Of a stretch of 64,000 nt of DNA, positions 25,838-37,538 are shown piece after piece; within the stretch, counting starts at the first letter, position 1; each line of letters begins with the position of its first letter. The stretch spans positions 62,001 to 126,000 of the forward strand of contig NW_025765593.1 of the NCBI RefSeq assembly GCF_003918875.1. The letters run 5' to 3'. A program made the translations under genes and the position numbers. Origin of the DNA: Haliotis rubra. Lineage: Eukaryota. The notes beneath the pieces are model-generated. The model had not been told where the DNA came from. It saw only the letters and a program-made list of their open reading frames with translations, and made no database searches.

Positions 25838-28516
25838 CTGTAAGTTGTATACGCCTCTACGTTTACACTGAAAGGAAAGTAAGACTTGGAGATAGCATTT
25901 TTTCTTCACCCCACACATGCATTCAAACGCATCTTTACTGAGAAATGCCTACAACTATCCATGCATGTGAACAACATCCAATTACTGGGGACTCATTTCC
26001 AGTGTCTTATTTACGAACACGTACGAAAGTGAACACCCCTCTTAGAATTGGAAATATATACCACCGTGAACTTGTCACAGTGGAATACTGTTTCCTCTCT
26101 GTAATTCCTTTTATAGCCCAAATTATGCAAAACCCAGAACCCGTTTAATCCATGGAAGGGTAATTCGGATATTTGTCGTTTGGGGGTACGATTTTGCCTT
26201 CCCGTTTTTATCTCAATTTGTGATTAAGTTTGTCCAAAAAAGTATTAAGATCTACAAAGCTTCTGGGTTGAGTTTACCTGCCCTTTAATATAAACCTTTC
26301 AACAAAAAAGAAACACACAAGCCCAAAAAGTTGAACATATGTATTGTTGTCATTGTCAGCATTAATTCAGTTCACGCCCTGCACATTCAAACTGTGAACT
26401 GTGGCACACCTCTCGTTGTTTTCACGCAAGTGCCCATGTGAAATATATTATACCTAACCCACAATTAGAATAGATCGGAGACTGTTTTCATCAGCTAAAG
26501 CATCACCACCTCACCCCACCCCACCTCACCCCACTCTACTTCATGCACTGAACATCCCGGGCACATACCATAACGGGTTTATTATTCAAAGCCCAACCAC
26601 ACTTAAACCATTTGTGAAGTCAGATGGCATATATTTACGGGATTTTGTACCTTAAATATAATCACTAATCATCATAAGGTATGGTGACATATCTGTTTTC
26701 GAGGAGATTTAGCTCGAGAGTGTCATCTTAAATTTCTGCCAACACACAGTCAATGGTGTACTTCCAGTTTGATACTAAAACCAGTATGTTTCTTATCAGA
26801 TTACAAAATATATCAGCCATAATGCTATGATAGCCTGATAGGTCCAATATCTTTATTAAATGTTCACAAACAGGTAATTGAAAAGACATTACCTGTAATG
26901 TTCTTTTCCAAGAGCCGCCATTTGCAATAAGAATGAGTTTCCCGACGATACAAGGTATTGTCATGTTACACTATTTTGAGGTAATATCAGTTGTCCTTAC
27001 TTTAATGGCGTGTTACGTCTTGTTACCTGAGATGCAAACGGCTTTATATAATCTAAGTCTATGCTTGTGAACATATTGAACATATCTTATGACCACTCAC
27101 TCACGGGCAGTGTTATATTCGATGGGCTTCCTGAACATAAAATAAAAATCTAACTAATCTCCGTCATGTAACATGACTGACCAATTAGAATGACTGACTT
27201 CGAAGAACTGATTTCCCAATTGAAATGATATGTTATGCTATAAGACAATTTGTTATCCTTGGTATTACTTGACATATGTTCTCTCGCCAAAATCTTTAAA
27301 GATACTACACTCTCGGAACAAACAGTGTCATTTCGAGAATACATATTATTGTTACAGAGGACTGTAGAAGTAAACTGATTAACATCTTCACAGCAAAAAA
27401 AAAATGTACAAGGTAACATTCCAGTAATCTAGAGTCAGAAAGTCTGGAAAACAAGTATTGTACATGAAACCCTTGAGCTGATGAAATAATGGACCACTTG
27501 TGTGTAGAAAATAGACACATTTTAGTTACACAAATACTTTCCAAGTAGTGCAGTCTGCGTTAGAGTTAAAAGCAGATATTTTAAATGATACAATACTGGA
27601 AAACATGGAGGAAGGTGCAGCGTGTTTAAGGTGTTTGAGACCACCATTAGCTAAATCTCGTAAGATTTCTATGATTTCAAACCAGATCATACAGACCGTT
27701 CCCATGTCAAGCTTAATAAATTAGTCAATTAGCATGTAGCTCAATATGAAAACTTTGCTCATAACAATCACATAATGAGTAAATATCAATAATAAAGGGC
27801 CTTTTTTCAGCTGACTAAAGATCAGTATATCTCACTGTCAACAGGTGCATGTTTACAGTACACAGAAAAAATCAGATAGCTTAGAGAATATCTTTAATTT
27901 TTGAAAAACGATATTAAGGTTTGATCTTTTTTCAGAGAATACCAGTGGATATATTTTGACCGGCTAAGTGATAAAACAGAAATACTTTCTTACCCATTTG
28001 CTTCCAATCCTGTACTGAGATTCCACGTAGCAAGTGTACAGAACCAGAACACCATACAGCATTGTACAGACACCATCCTTCCTTTCTGTCGATGTTCACT
28101 GAAGGATGACAAGAACGTATCACCGCAGTCCTTCCCTTACATGTGAGAAACACTAATATATATACTGCCGAACACTACAACAGTACAAGGAAGGTGATTA
28201 TTGAACCGTAGTGATCCAACTGGGAGCCTCAGAATTTTGTTGCAATTTGAGTAAATGGACAATTATACTTATTAGGACATCCCTGGGTTATCATATGACT
28301 TTTATCTCTTTCAGACGCTGGGAGTTACTTTCAAGCAGAGGGAGCCACGGTCAGTCAAAAGGTGGTAGACTGGATACTTTGTTACCATGTCTAGAGCTCT
28401 GCAATTGGTGCATAACCAATAACTGATCGGTTCTGTCAAGCTAAACTGTAACATGCATCAGAGCGGCCTTGCACCATAAGCCGGGGTAAGTCAGGACAAA
28501 TACTCTCAAAAAGAGA

Positions 28517-28740
28517 CCCGTGAAGATCCGGGTTAAAATTGGTCTTCAGCAACTCATGCTTGTCGTAAGAGTCGACTATCGAGTTCAGGTGGTCAGACTC
28601 GCTGACTTGGTTGACAAATGACATCGTAAGCCAATTGCGTAGGTCGATGCTGATAATGTGGATTACTGGATTGTTTGGTCTAGTCACGACTAATTATACA
28701 TCGTCGCCAGACAGCTGGACTGGAAAGTAGTCTTAAACAT
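28517..28740 (+). mobile_element. SINE family 2 copy
   Basis: cccgtgaagatccgggtt..catgcttgtcgtaagagtcgact..ctcgctgacttggttgaca..ccaattgcgtaggtcgatgct. Confidence 0.8.
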
Positions 28741-28839
28741 TAACCCCCCCCCCCCCACACCCCACACCCACCCCGTACGACCTAACCCTTGTTTTCAAAT
28801 TGTATTGTGTAACACATTAATGGTTTCCAAAACTCGAAG

Positions 28840-29752
28840 AGTGCTCATGAAACCGGGAGATGACGACGCATAGACGACCCTATACGATTGAAGTCAGCTT
28901 GGGGAATGCTGTTCATTGTGTGAACCAACGCTTCTCTAAATTCATCTAACGTCAATGGCTGATTCCGGGCTCCATTTCACCCCAAGCGTGCTCGATAAGG
29001 GACAGGTCCAGAGAAACTGCTGGACAAGGGAGTACCGGAGTGGTCGGGCATTATCTTGCTGAAACGTGAATTTACGTCTCTGACCTTGAATGAACGGCTG
29101 CACATGAGGTCCAATGATCTCATCCCTGTTTCGCAGACCTGACCTGTCAGATTGCCATTGACAATGACAAGTTGTGTCCGATCATGAGATGTGATGTTCC
29201 CCCATACTATTACGCAATCGCAACCAAACCGAACAACGTTGAACAATGCACGCATCAGCATACTGTTTACCTCGTCGTTTGTACATCCTTGCCCTGCCAT
29301 CTGAGCTGTCCCGATCAAATCTCGACAGTGAAGAAAACACCATCTCAATCTTGTCTTCTGTAACGTAGATGTTGTGTGCATCAGGCAAGACGTGCCTGTC
29401 GTTAACGTTGGAGCAGAAGTGGACGTCTTGCAGGCTGTCCCTCAGTCGGGTCCGTATCGTCCTGGAACTGATTGTGGACGTAAGCCAGGAATGGTCCGAG
29501 CAGTCAAACTGACAGCCTGGAATCGGTTCCTTAGATGGGTCAGCCGAATGTTGTTGTCTTGCTGATGTGACATCCCGCATGAACGCCGGTTCGAGGCCAA
29601 TCTCTCGTGTTCATATTATGTTGAAAACGTCTCCACAGAGATGAGATCATGTTTCGATTGACACCAAAATGTATGGCCACTTCATTTTGGGCCATTCCAG
29701 TCTCCAGCATACCCAAGGCCCGGAGACGCTGATATTCTGTAAGCCGTGTCAT
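28840..29752 (-). mobile_element. Decayed Tc1/mariner transposase (frameshifted)
   Basis: HTH-like MTRLTEYQRLRALGMLETGMAQNEVAIHFGVNRNMISSLWRRFQ; SSRTIRTRL; VIVWGNI..RTQLVIVNGNLTG; decayed PCPAVSLDLSLIEHAW (canonical WPxxSPDLxPIE); ..LDEFREAL..SSMRR. Confidence 0.85.
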
Positions 29753-29860
29753 GACGTGCAAAACGTGAGTAAGTTCATTGTGCACAAAGTGCACGTGTCA
29801 CGACCGATACGCGACATCAGAATTCATATTATGTTATGTCATGTTATGTTATGTTATGAT

Positions 29861-30050
29861 ATAGAAACGAGTTCCGTCCGTCCGTACGTCCGTACGTACG
29901 TCTGTTCGTCCGTACGTCCGTCAGACTTTGTCCGAAGCATATCTCCTAAACTGTTCGTGATAGCTTAATCAAACTAGGTACACATGTCAACCATGATCCC
30001 TAGATGTGTCTTTTGGGCGTTAGACCCAGATGCGAATTTTATTTTTGTAT
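29861..30050 (+). mobile_element. Probable non-autonomous Helentron/DINE-like fragment with (GTCY)n-type microsatellite
   Basis: ccgtccgtccgtacgtccgt.. followed by ctttgtccgaagcatatctcctaaact..atcaaact..acacatg, a layout typical of HINE/DINE-1-like elements. Confidence 0.5.
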
Positions 30051-31179
30051 TACATGACTTAGGCTGTGGCAATGAGGATGTCATTAGGCTTCAACTGAAT
30101 TTGGTGGTAGTGCTCCTTTCTGGAGCAGATCTTAAAACATTTCAATACTCTCCTTCCACTTTGCTGTATAAACTTCCACTTTGCTGTTATGTTATACACA
30201 GTTAGTATACTTTCTGAAAACAGTGTTAGAAGATAATTACGTTTTTTTATTTGATGAGAAGCCAACTTTGTTTCTGTAATAAACAGCCAACAACTTAAAA
30301 ATTTTATGCAATACATTGAAAGTGTAACACAATGCATTCTGACAAATAGGAGAATGTCTTGGTGTTCATTCAAAACCTTTAGACAAAGGTTTAACTTCCT
30401 AAGTCTATTTCGTCTGAAATATATATTACTTGTGAAATGTCATTCTAAGTGCTGAATAACAAAAGGAGGTTTCGTTAGGAGACACAGCCATGTGGAATGT
30501 CAGCCTGTCAGGCACTCAGGGTAAACTCCGGACACTTAGAGTATTAACATGTGATGGTCGTCACACTAAGGTTAATCGCAAAACACGAAACATATGTTAC
30601 ATGAATGCATCATGTAAACCAAATTACTAACTACATGTACATACCCGTCATATGGCTGGAATATTGCTGAGTGCGGCGTAAAACTAAACTCAATAACAAC
30701 ATGTACATACATAAACAAAGGCGAGTTTTGAACTTATACTGAACACTATTTTAATAATTCGGACTGGAAATTCTTTGGCAAATTTAGCTGTCGTCATTGG
30801 TGGGAACAAGCATGTGAAGCTTCATTGATAAAAAATTGGTCGTGTGGTTTCCGACGAGAAGACATTTAAAGACCCCAGAGGCCAGTAAGACATTACTTTC
30901 AGTGAAAACAAAACAACACATTTTGCATACGTGCAAGTAGCGCCTTTTAAAAATAAAACCTGGGAAAGTAACTTATCAGGAGGTCACCTTTGTATGCACC
31001 AACTTTCTTAAAACCAATTCCGGCTGATATATTTGGTCATAATGTCACTTTAGCGTTATTTTGTGAAGATTCTAAATTATTTTCGTTGGTTCTATTACGT
31101 ACATCTGTAAAGTGCAGATACACATATCCACAGATAAAGAAATATATACACGAATGTATAATATACTTACGATCTTGCT

Positions 31180-32010
31180 TTTGATATACATCCAAATATT
31201 GTCGGGGACAAGAAGAAATATCACAACTGTTTTCTGTGCTTCTGCTACGACAGTGTTACATTCCGGGCAACCGTACCCTGGGTATAAACAGGTCTGGATA
31301 CTGATGCAAGTACACTGTACCAGGAAGTTGTGAACAATGCATGGCAAACGACGGTGTAATAAAGCAAAAAGAACACGCATGACAGCATCCTTCGATCTAT
31401 TTTTGACAACAACGAATATTGGGTTGCGAAGGAGAAGAAACTTGACACTCCTTGTAAGAGATTCTTTTCCCGAACACTATTTCAGCCCATCTTCATTACA
31501 TCATCTGCGTGATCATGATCGACATGCACGAGCAGTAAAGAACAAGGTCCACGTAATCGAATATGATCCATCTTGTTTCGCCATGGGACGATTCGAATCT
31601 GATGTCGTCCTTTTGTCGGACCCATACTAACGCCAAGAAACAGTAGGATGGTCGCTGAGTTGCATATATTGTGTATATACCCTCCCAAATAGAAAGGCAT
31701 AGGTGATATTGATATGATAAATTTCAAATATTTATCAAACTTAGTGTTTGATATGTTATATTTTCGTCATCAAAACGAAATGCACAGTGCTAAAAAGCAT
31801 CTTCGGAAACTTAAATGCACGTTTACGTTCGAAAGTGTCAACTGCATGAAAATGTCATGGAGAAAAGGAGCAGATCTGAGGAATCGTACGCGTGCAGGAA
31901 CATTGGCTAAGACTTGTTTTGCTTCTGGACGGTTATTGGCATTTTTTAAGCTAAGTGAAAAAAATATAGTTATTCCGCTACTCACTGCTGTAAATCGGAA
32001 CATTGCCATT
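31180..32010 (+). mobile_element. Possible highly decayed pogo/Tigger-like (DDE_1) transposase
   Basis: SGTRRNITTVFCASA (cf. ITVxxCxxAxG), DHDRH..KNKVHVI (cf. DxHxSH), MKMSWRK..GTLAKTCFAS. Weak similarity judged by eye. Confidence 0.4.
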
Positions 32011-32079
32011 GGACGTCCGGAGGCTGGGGAGTCTCAATCTGTCGCTGCCTGTCAACATGCACTTCACAAGAGTACCAGT

Positions 32080-32255
32080 ATCTTCAGAATGAGAACATTA
32101 CAGTGCTTCCATGGCCTTTGAAATAGCCCGACCTCAGCCCCATCGAGCATTGTGGGATGACCTCGACCGACGCGTACGTGAACGTCAACAATCACCCAGA
32201 CGTTAGATCAACTGTTGCAGGCATTGCAAGAGGAATGGGCCAGAATTTCACAATG
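32080..32255 (+). mobile_element. Tc1 transposase C-terminal fragment
   Basis: NENITVLPWPLK*PDLSPIEH/WDDLDRRVRERQQSP/LDQLLQALQEEWARI, read across frameshifts. Confidence 0.8.
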
Positions 32256-32437
32256 TCGGTGCAGAGTAGTTTTGGGAACGGATGCTGCAAATGATCCAGA
32301 ATTACATGTGTTATCTCACTTTAAAGGTAGCAGATTAAATTTGTGAACATATACCTATCCGTTTCTTTTTGGGGAGAGTGAAAAATAATTTTCATTTGAC
32401 AACAGAGAAACGTAGTTAAAAAATAATCGTCTGCTTA

Positions 32438-32665
32438 CGAAGATCCAGGTTAGAATTGATCTTCGGCAACCCATCCTTGACGTAAGAGGCGACTGAAAGG
32501 ATTGTGTGGTCAAGCTCACTGACTAGATTGACACATGTCATCGTATTCCAGTTGCGTGGATCGATACTCATGCTGGATTGTCTCGTTCAGACTAGATTGT
32601 TTACAGACCGCCGCCATATAGCTGGAATATTTCTGAGTGCGGCGTTAAACAACAACCAACCAACA
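32438..32665 (+). mobile_element. SINE family 2 copy
   Basis: gaagatccaggttagaattg..gtaagaggcgact..ttacagaccgccgccatatagctggaatatt..gcggcgttaaac. Confidence 0.8.
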
Positions 32666-32934
32666 AACGGATATGCCAGCGAGTGTTGCATAGTGTTGAC
32701 TTCATTATCCACGCTGACGTCACAGGTGGACGTTTTGACAGTCATTCAATGCAGCCATCATTTCTGCTCGTGGTTTACATGGGTTTCAGTTGCTGGATTT
32801 CATAGTTGCAAAAAACGTTTCATGAACTTAAATAAATTGTTTTTTATGCCTCAGCTTTAGAGTTTAATTAGTTGCAAACTGTCGATAAATATTGTTCAGC
32901 CATGTGGCTTGATTGCAACCGTTTCCCACTACAT

Positions 32935-33235
32935 CCTCCCTTGTGAGTATCTGAAGGGATGGTGTAAATCCAGCTAGGGTCCATGCAGGAAGCAAATGTA
33001 CTGTAAGTCCCAACGGCTGATAGTATGGTGACCTAGCTTCAGATGCTGGCGATCATTAGCCCGTTTCATATGGTATTGTTCTCTATAGTGATAGTGATAT
33101 CTAACAGTGATATCCAACTTGTTTTACTGTCCTTTGTCGACAGACTTATCATGTATTTACCGTTTATAAACATATGACCTGGTATGGTCAGGTAAAGGTT
33201 GATATATTGCCGATGTGACTTTAATGTTTTACCTC
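32935..33235 (+). mobile_element. SINE-like family 3 copy
   Basis: gaagggatggtgtaaatccagctagggtccatgcaggaagcaaatgtactgtaagtccc; reverse complement present at ~34560-34635 and ~36400-36470. Confidence 0.7.
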
Positions 33236-34299
33236 ACTTCTCTCTTGTAAAGCATAAAGACTTTATTGTCATGGCTTCCTGCTTGTCTTTCAATGGATTG
33301 TTGTAATATACTGCATATGACAGCCAACAATGGCGTAAACATGCCACTGTATAATTATTGAGAACGCCTAACGACAACCTCCATCTGCCGAAAGCCGTCG
33401 ATGCACTGGGTCTGGTCAAGCTGGCTCGTTTTGCAACAATAAGACATTGTGCAATGTCACAGGGGAGTCTCCGAGAATTTGCCTAATATCGTGAACAGGG
33501 AAGTTTACAGAAATGTCTGAAGGGATGAAATACATGCTTGGCTGGTTTCGTGAACATGCTCAGATCAATATCTAACAGGGGCACTGTAACTGCTGTTTAC
33601 GAAAAAAGACTACATGGGCATATTTCAAATATTTTTAAAGTAGGATGAAGTAGGTGCCTACAGGAAGTGGCATGCCACATGTCCATATCGACGTCCCTGC
33701 ACGGTACACAGTCACTGCTCCCAACAAGCCCACTAACAGAGAAGGTGAAACAACCTGATTCGAGCTTTCCCTGACATTGCATACAGTGCAGTTGCATAAT
33801 ATGCTCTGAAACGAAATGTTGAATTGCATGATGATGTGATGTGCATTTGTCCTTCTTGTCAAAAACGATTTCAAATAGATAATTTGAATGCTCACGTTAG
33901 CAATGCAGGAGCATGGAGAGATTTTCATGCACGCTGACATTCCAAGGTATATTTTGACATGTGTACGAGGACGACAAATGTTTTAAATATAGTTTATGGA
34001 CATATTGTGTTAATAGTTTTGAAACATACTGATAGTAATATTACCAATAGTGATGATTATAGTTGTAAAATGAGGTATGGGAAGTATTTCGGTGTGTCGA
34101 AAAGGGAAATTATTTCTGTGGGACTTTACTTTCTCGATTTCTCGGGTATATTATGTCACCTGTGTAAGTATACATGGTTGAGCGATCATGCATATACATC
34201 CATTAATAAAACAATCTCACACATAAATCGACAGTATGTAAATAGCATCCGATGATCAAACAGAAGTATACACTTACATAAATATAGTGTTTTATTTAT

Positions 34300-34740
34300 G
34301 TGAGTGAGTGAGTGAGTTAATATTTAAAGTCACATCCGCAGTATTTCAGCCATATCGTGACCAAGAAAGTTGTACATATATAAATGAATCAAAATAATGT
34401 TAGCAAATAAATTAACCTGTCTGCAAAGGACAGTAAAACAACTAAATAATCACAGAAATAAATTTAAAACTGGTTATTAAATCTAAAATACTTTAACTAT
34501 AAATGACAAGACAATCTAAAAACAGGCTATAGATCGCCAGCAACTGAAGGTAGATCACCATGCTAGGGACCATGGGGACTTACAGTACATTTGCTTCCTG
34601 CATGGACCCTAGATGGATTTACACCTTCCCTTCAGCTATTGGCAATTTTAGATAATCTAGTCATAAATTAAAATAACATATATGCTACGATTAAAAATAG
34701 TGGTAGGTTTAAATTAACTTTGAACTATTTTGGGATCTAT
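34300..34740 (-). mobile_element. SINE-like family 3 copy
   Basis: (GAGT)n tail, gtcacatc.gc.atatttcagccata, gaaggtagatcacca..gggaccatggggacttacagt..catggaccctag.tggatttacacc. Confidence 0.75.
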
Positions 34741-34831
34741 TTTTATATTAACTTCTTTGAGTGGCATTTTAGAAGTTGGGAAGTACAATATAGACCAAAC
34801 TTTATGGATAACAACTTCTTTTATTCGTGAG

Positions 34832-34871
34832 TGCGACGTTTCGATACAGATTCTTGTACCGTTGTCAAGCA
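34832..34871 (-). ncRNA. Minimal type I hammerhead ribozyme motif (Penelope-like-element type, U3-A8 variant)
   Basis: Minus strand reads UGC-UUGACAA-C-GGUACA-agaauc-UGUAUC-GAAAC-GUC-GCA: helix I UGC/GCA, helix II 6 bp, palindromic ACGU helix III, GUC site; AATAAA follows shortly downstream. Confidence 0.65.
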
Positions 34872-36151
34872 TGTCGCTATATTGTATTTATGTATTAAAC
34901 AGCCATTTGTAAACAGAATTGACACGTCGAGTTAACGACGAAAACACCCACACAAAAAACACTTGTACACAAACACAAGCACATTTAAAACATTTTCATG
35001 CCTTCAACAAGACGACAGTTTTTAACCTAATTTCTTTTGAATTCCGTATCACTAAAAGCATGCAAGATGCACAAGCAGATTTAATTTTATTTTATTTCAG
35101 GATAAATATTATAGCTGAAGGACCCTTCTTTCAAGATTATAATATGCACTTCTCAAATCAATAGAATTGTTTTAATGCCGGTGTTAATTATGAATTATGT
35201 TAACATGGTCAAAATTCTGTACATCATGAAGAAGGAAAGTGACCCAATATTTAACTTGTGAGCAAACCCTGCTCAATACCCATGCATGTATCATGTCTCT
35301 TCATATGGCCTCACTCTCACGGCACTTCGTAACCTCAACAAACATGTAATATATCTTAAAGTTTAGACAGGAAATTCAGTAAAACAATGTTCCAGTCATA
35401 TGTGTATGAGTGTGTATTTATCATATTGATTGTAGCTTGATATGACTTACACGAACCGTAGCAAGTGAAAACATTCCCTGTATATATTGATATGAAAACG
35501 GTCGATCTCGCTGGTCTGGAACTATATAACCTAGTCCGATAAAAGCAATTTGAGCTTGTATTATACTTAAATAAGATTTCTTAAAGGTCAAAACAGTCTA
35601 AAATACACACGAACAATGCCTTCTTGAAGTTGGTTCAAACATACTGCACACAATAGGCATACTGCATGTGTATCTCCCAATGGCGATTTCATGGATTCAG
35701 TCAGTTCAAATGTTAGTACGGTATGAAATGAACTATTTGAAAGTTTGTTTTATCTTTGAATTCTAACAAGATACTTTTTGTGTTACAAAAACCAAAACGA
35801 CAAAAACCAAAACACATCTGATAAACACTTTACCATTTGTTCTGGGCTTATTGGTCGGATCCACTAGTGCGCAGCAATTCCCCGTAGAGATGTGCAGCCT
35901 TTCGACACGCCAGAAAGCTTCGTTGTAGGATGGAATCTCGGTTCTCTCAGATTGTGTTTCAAGGTTTGATGTTTGACGTCTAAGACCTGCTTCGCTTTGG
36001 ATTATACCATCATGACACGCCGTGATATATACTGTTGGAAGCGGCGTTAAACCCAACTCGCACTCTTAAGGGCCTATTTACTATAGGGTGATTGATAAAA
36101 TAATCGCTGAACCAGCAGTGTACTATGCATTGTATTCATCCGCTTGTGGTG

Positions 36152-36590
36152 GAGTGAGTGAGTTAAAATTTAACGTCACCTCAGCAATATTTCAGCCATA
36201 CAGTGACGAGAAAAGGTTGACATACACATTATATTCAAGTAGTTACATAACCAGTCATCGAAAGATTGTAAAATATCTAGAGTATCACAGATGGTGTCTA
36301 AAACTAGCTGGTAAATGTAAAAATATTTTATTTATGAAGACAATACAATATAGAAATGTGCTATAGATCGGCAGCAACCGAAGGTAGATCACCATACAAG
36401 GGACCATGGGGACTTACAGTGCCTTTGCTACCTGCATGGACCCTAGCTGGATTTACACCATATCCTTAGCCACTGGCGATTGTAGGAATATTTAGCCGAA
36501 ATTTGAAATAACAAAAATGCTACGTTTAAAGAATTTGGTATGTTTAAATTTTACTTTAAAAGTTTTGGGTTTTACGTACCCTCTTAGGGG
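36152..36590 (-). mobile_element. SINE-like family 3 copy
   Basis: Same blocks as 34300-34740. Confidence 0.75.
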
Positions 36591-37260
36591 GAGCTTGCGA
36601 TGGAACTCAGCATACTCGAAAAGACAGAGAACAATGCCGAGTGCATCGCCCAAAGACTACTCACACAGCACAAATAAGGCTACACAAAGTTCTCGTTTAT
36701 TTTCCAAATAGTAAAACATGAAAGAGTGTGAAAGTAGGGTTGTGTCAAGAGGGAGAATATCCTAATAACTCTCTGGGGCCTTTGCTCAATTACTTTAGAA
36801 AAAATGGGAGTTACATGGATATTCCCCCTACAACATGTCTATACTAATCGATACAATCACTGACATGCACAAGTACATGTATATGTGTATAGGGTGGATT
36901 GAAAATGTTAATACCAAGGTTATAGAAGAATACAAAACGCACGCTGTGTAAGTATAGAAAAAGTATGTATAATATCCACGCTTCATTTTTCCCCTTTTCA
37001 GATCAGTAGGCCGCTCGGTCTGCGTCCATGGAAAGGCGAATACCTTTCTCCTGGGCGACATGTTGTGTGCGTCTTTGCAGTGCACGAAATGAATAATGTG
37101 TTCTTAAAAGTTTAGTTTCTATTATTCAATAAAAATACTATTCAAATCGAATAATTATTTATAATATCATATATTGAAGAAAACAAAACAATCGGCGCAC
37201 CGTGGGTTAGTGTTTTGTAATACATCATACCATTATTTAGCAAACATGAATGAACTGCAT

Positions 37261-37538
37261 TCAGTTCAAGCTTACTGTTTGTGTTGACAAGGTCGACAGA
37301 CCACATGTATCAATAGCGGTTAGAGTAACATAAATCTCATCAAATCTCCGATCTCGTGAATTTAAAGTCAGGGCGATTTCATCATTCTCTGTTAACAGCT
37401 TGTCTACAATATCGGCGCCTCCGAGAACTGTTCCAACGTGAACTTCATACTTCAGGTCGTCCCAGGGAGAAGCAAACATATTCCGCCAGGTGACGGTCAG
37501 TCGGTCGCCAGTTTTGACCACAGACAAACGGCCAGAAG
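37261..37538 (-). CDS. Terminal coding exon of copy B (last FN3-like repeat, no transmembrane helix)
   Basis: Acceptor ccccacag|CT TCT GGC; LTVTWRNMF..LKYEVHVGTVLGGADIV..VTLTAIDTCGLS..SLN*. Confidence 0.8.

Larger units (their letters stand above)
1..26098 (-). pseudogene. Copy A of the same giant repeat-protein gene (3' end outside window); in-frame stop and frameshifts as assembled
   Basis: Exons 5'->3': 26062-26098 (tentative), 25778-25837, 24536-24606, 24042-24212, 23563-23703, 22841-22954, 22164-22415, 21680-21815, 21150-21354, 20925-21071, 20238-20586, 19688-19994, 19125-19251, 18676-18911, 18338-18548, 17599-17873, 16638-16800, 16177-16398, 15894-16038, 15523-15806, 13853-14050, 13610-13748, 13128-13162, 12479-12605, 11884-12116, 11623-11790, 11340-11511, 10967-11212, 10647-10867, 10394-10499, 10148-10264, 9743-9875, 8001-8175, 7465-7741, 7194-7383, 6843-7057, 6527-6756, 6039-6192, 5741-5919, 5459-5599, 5208-5373, 4849-4981, 4611-4729, 4325-4461, 4062-4209, 3691-3885, 3373-3576, 2510-3268, 1628-1843, 1365-1460, 521-846, <1-24. 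TTA->TAA at 10824-10826; indel cluster ~18370-18765. The gene structure is well supported; pseudogene status is less certain. Confidence 0.7.

Noticed and set aside
31245-31448. MLSCVFFLLYYTVVCHA as the signal-peptide exon of copy A, or a TIR-domain fragment nearby
   Set aside because: No convincing in-phase splice link; the region is better explained as decayed transposase on the opposite strand; the TIR resemblance is too weak.
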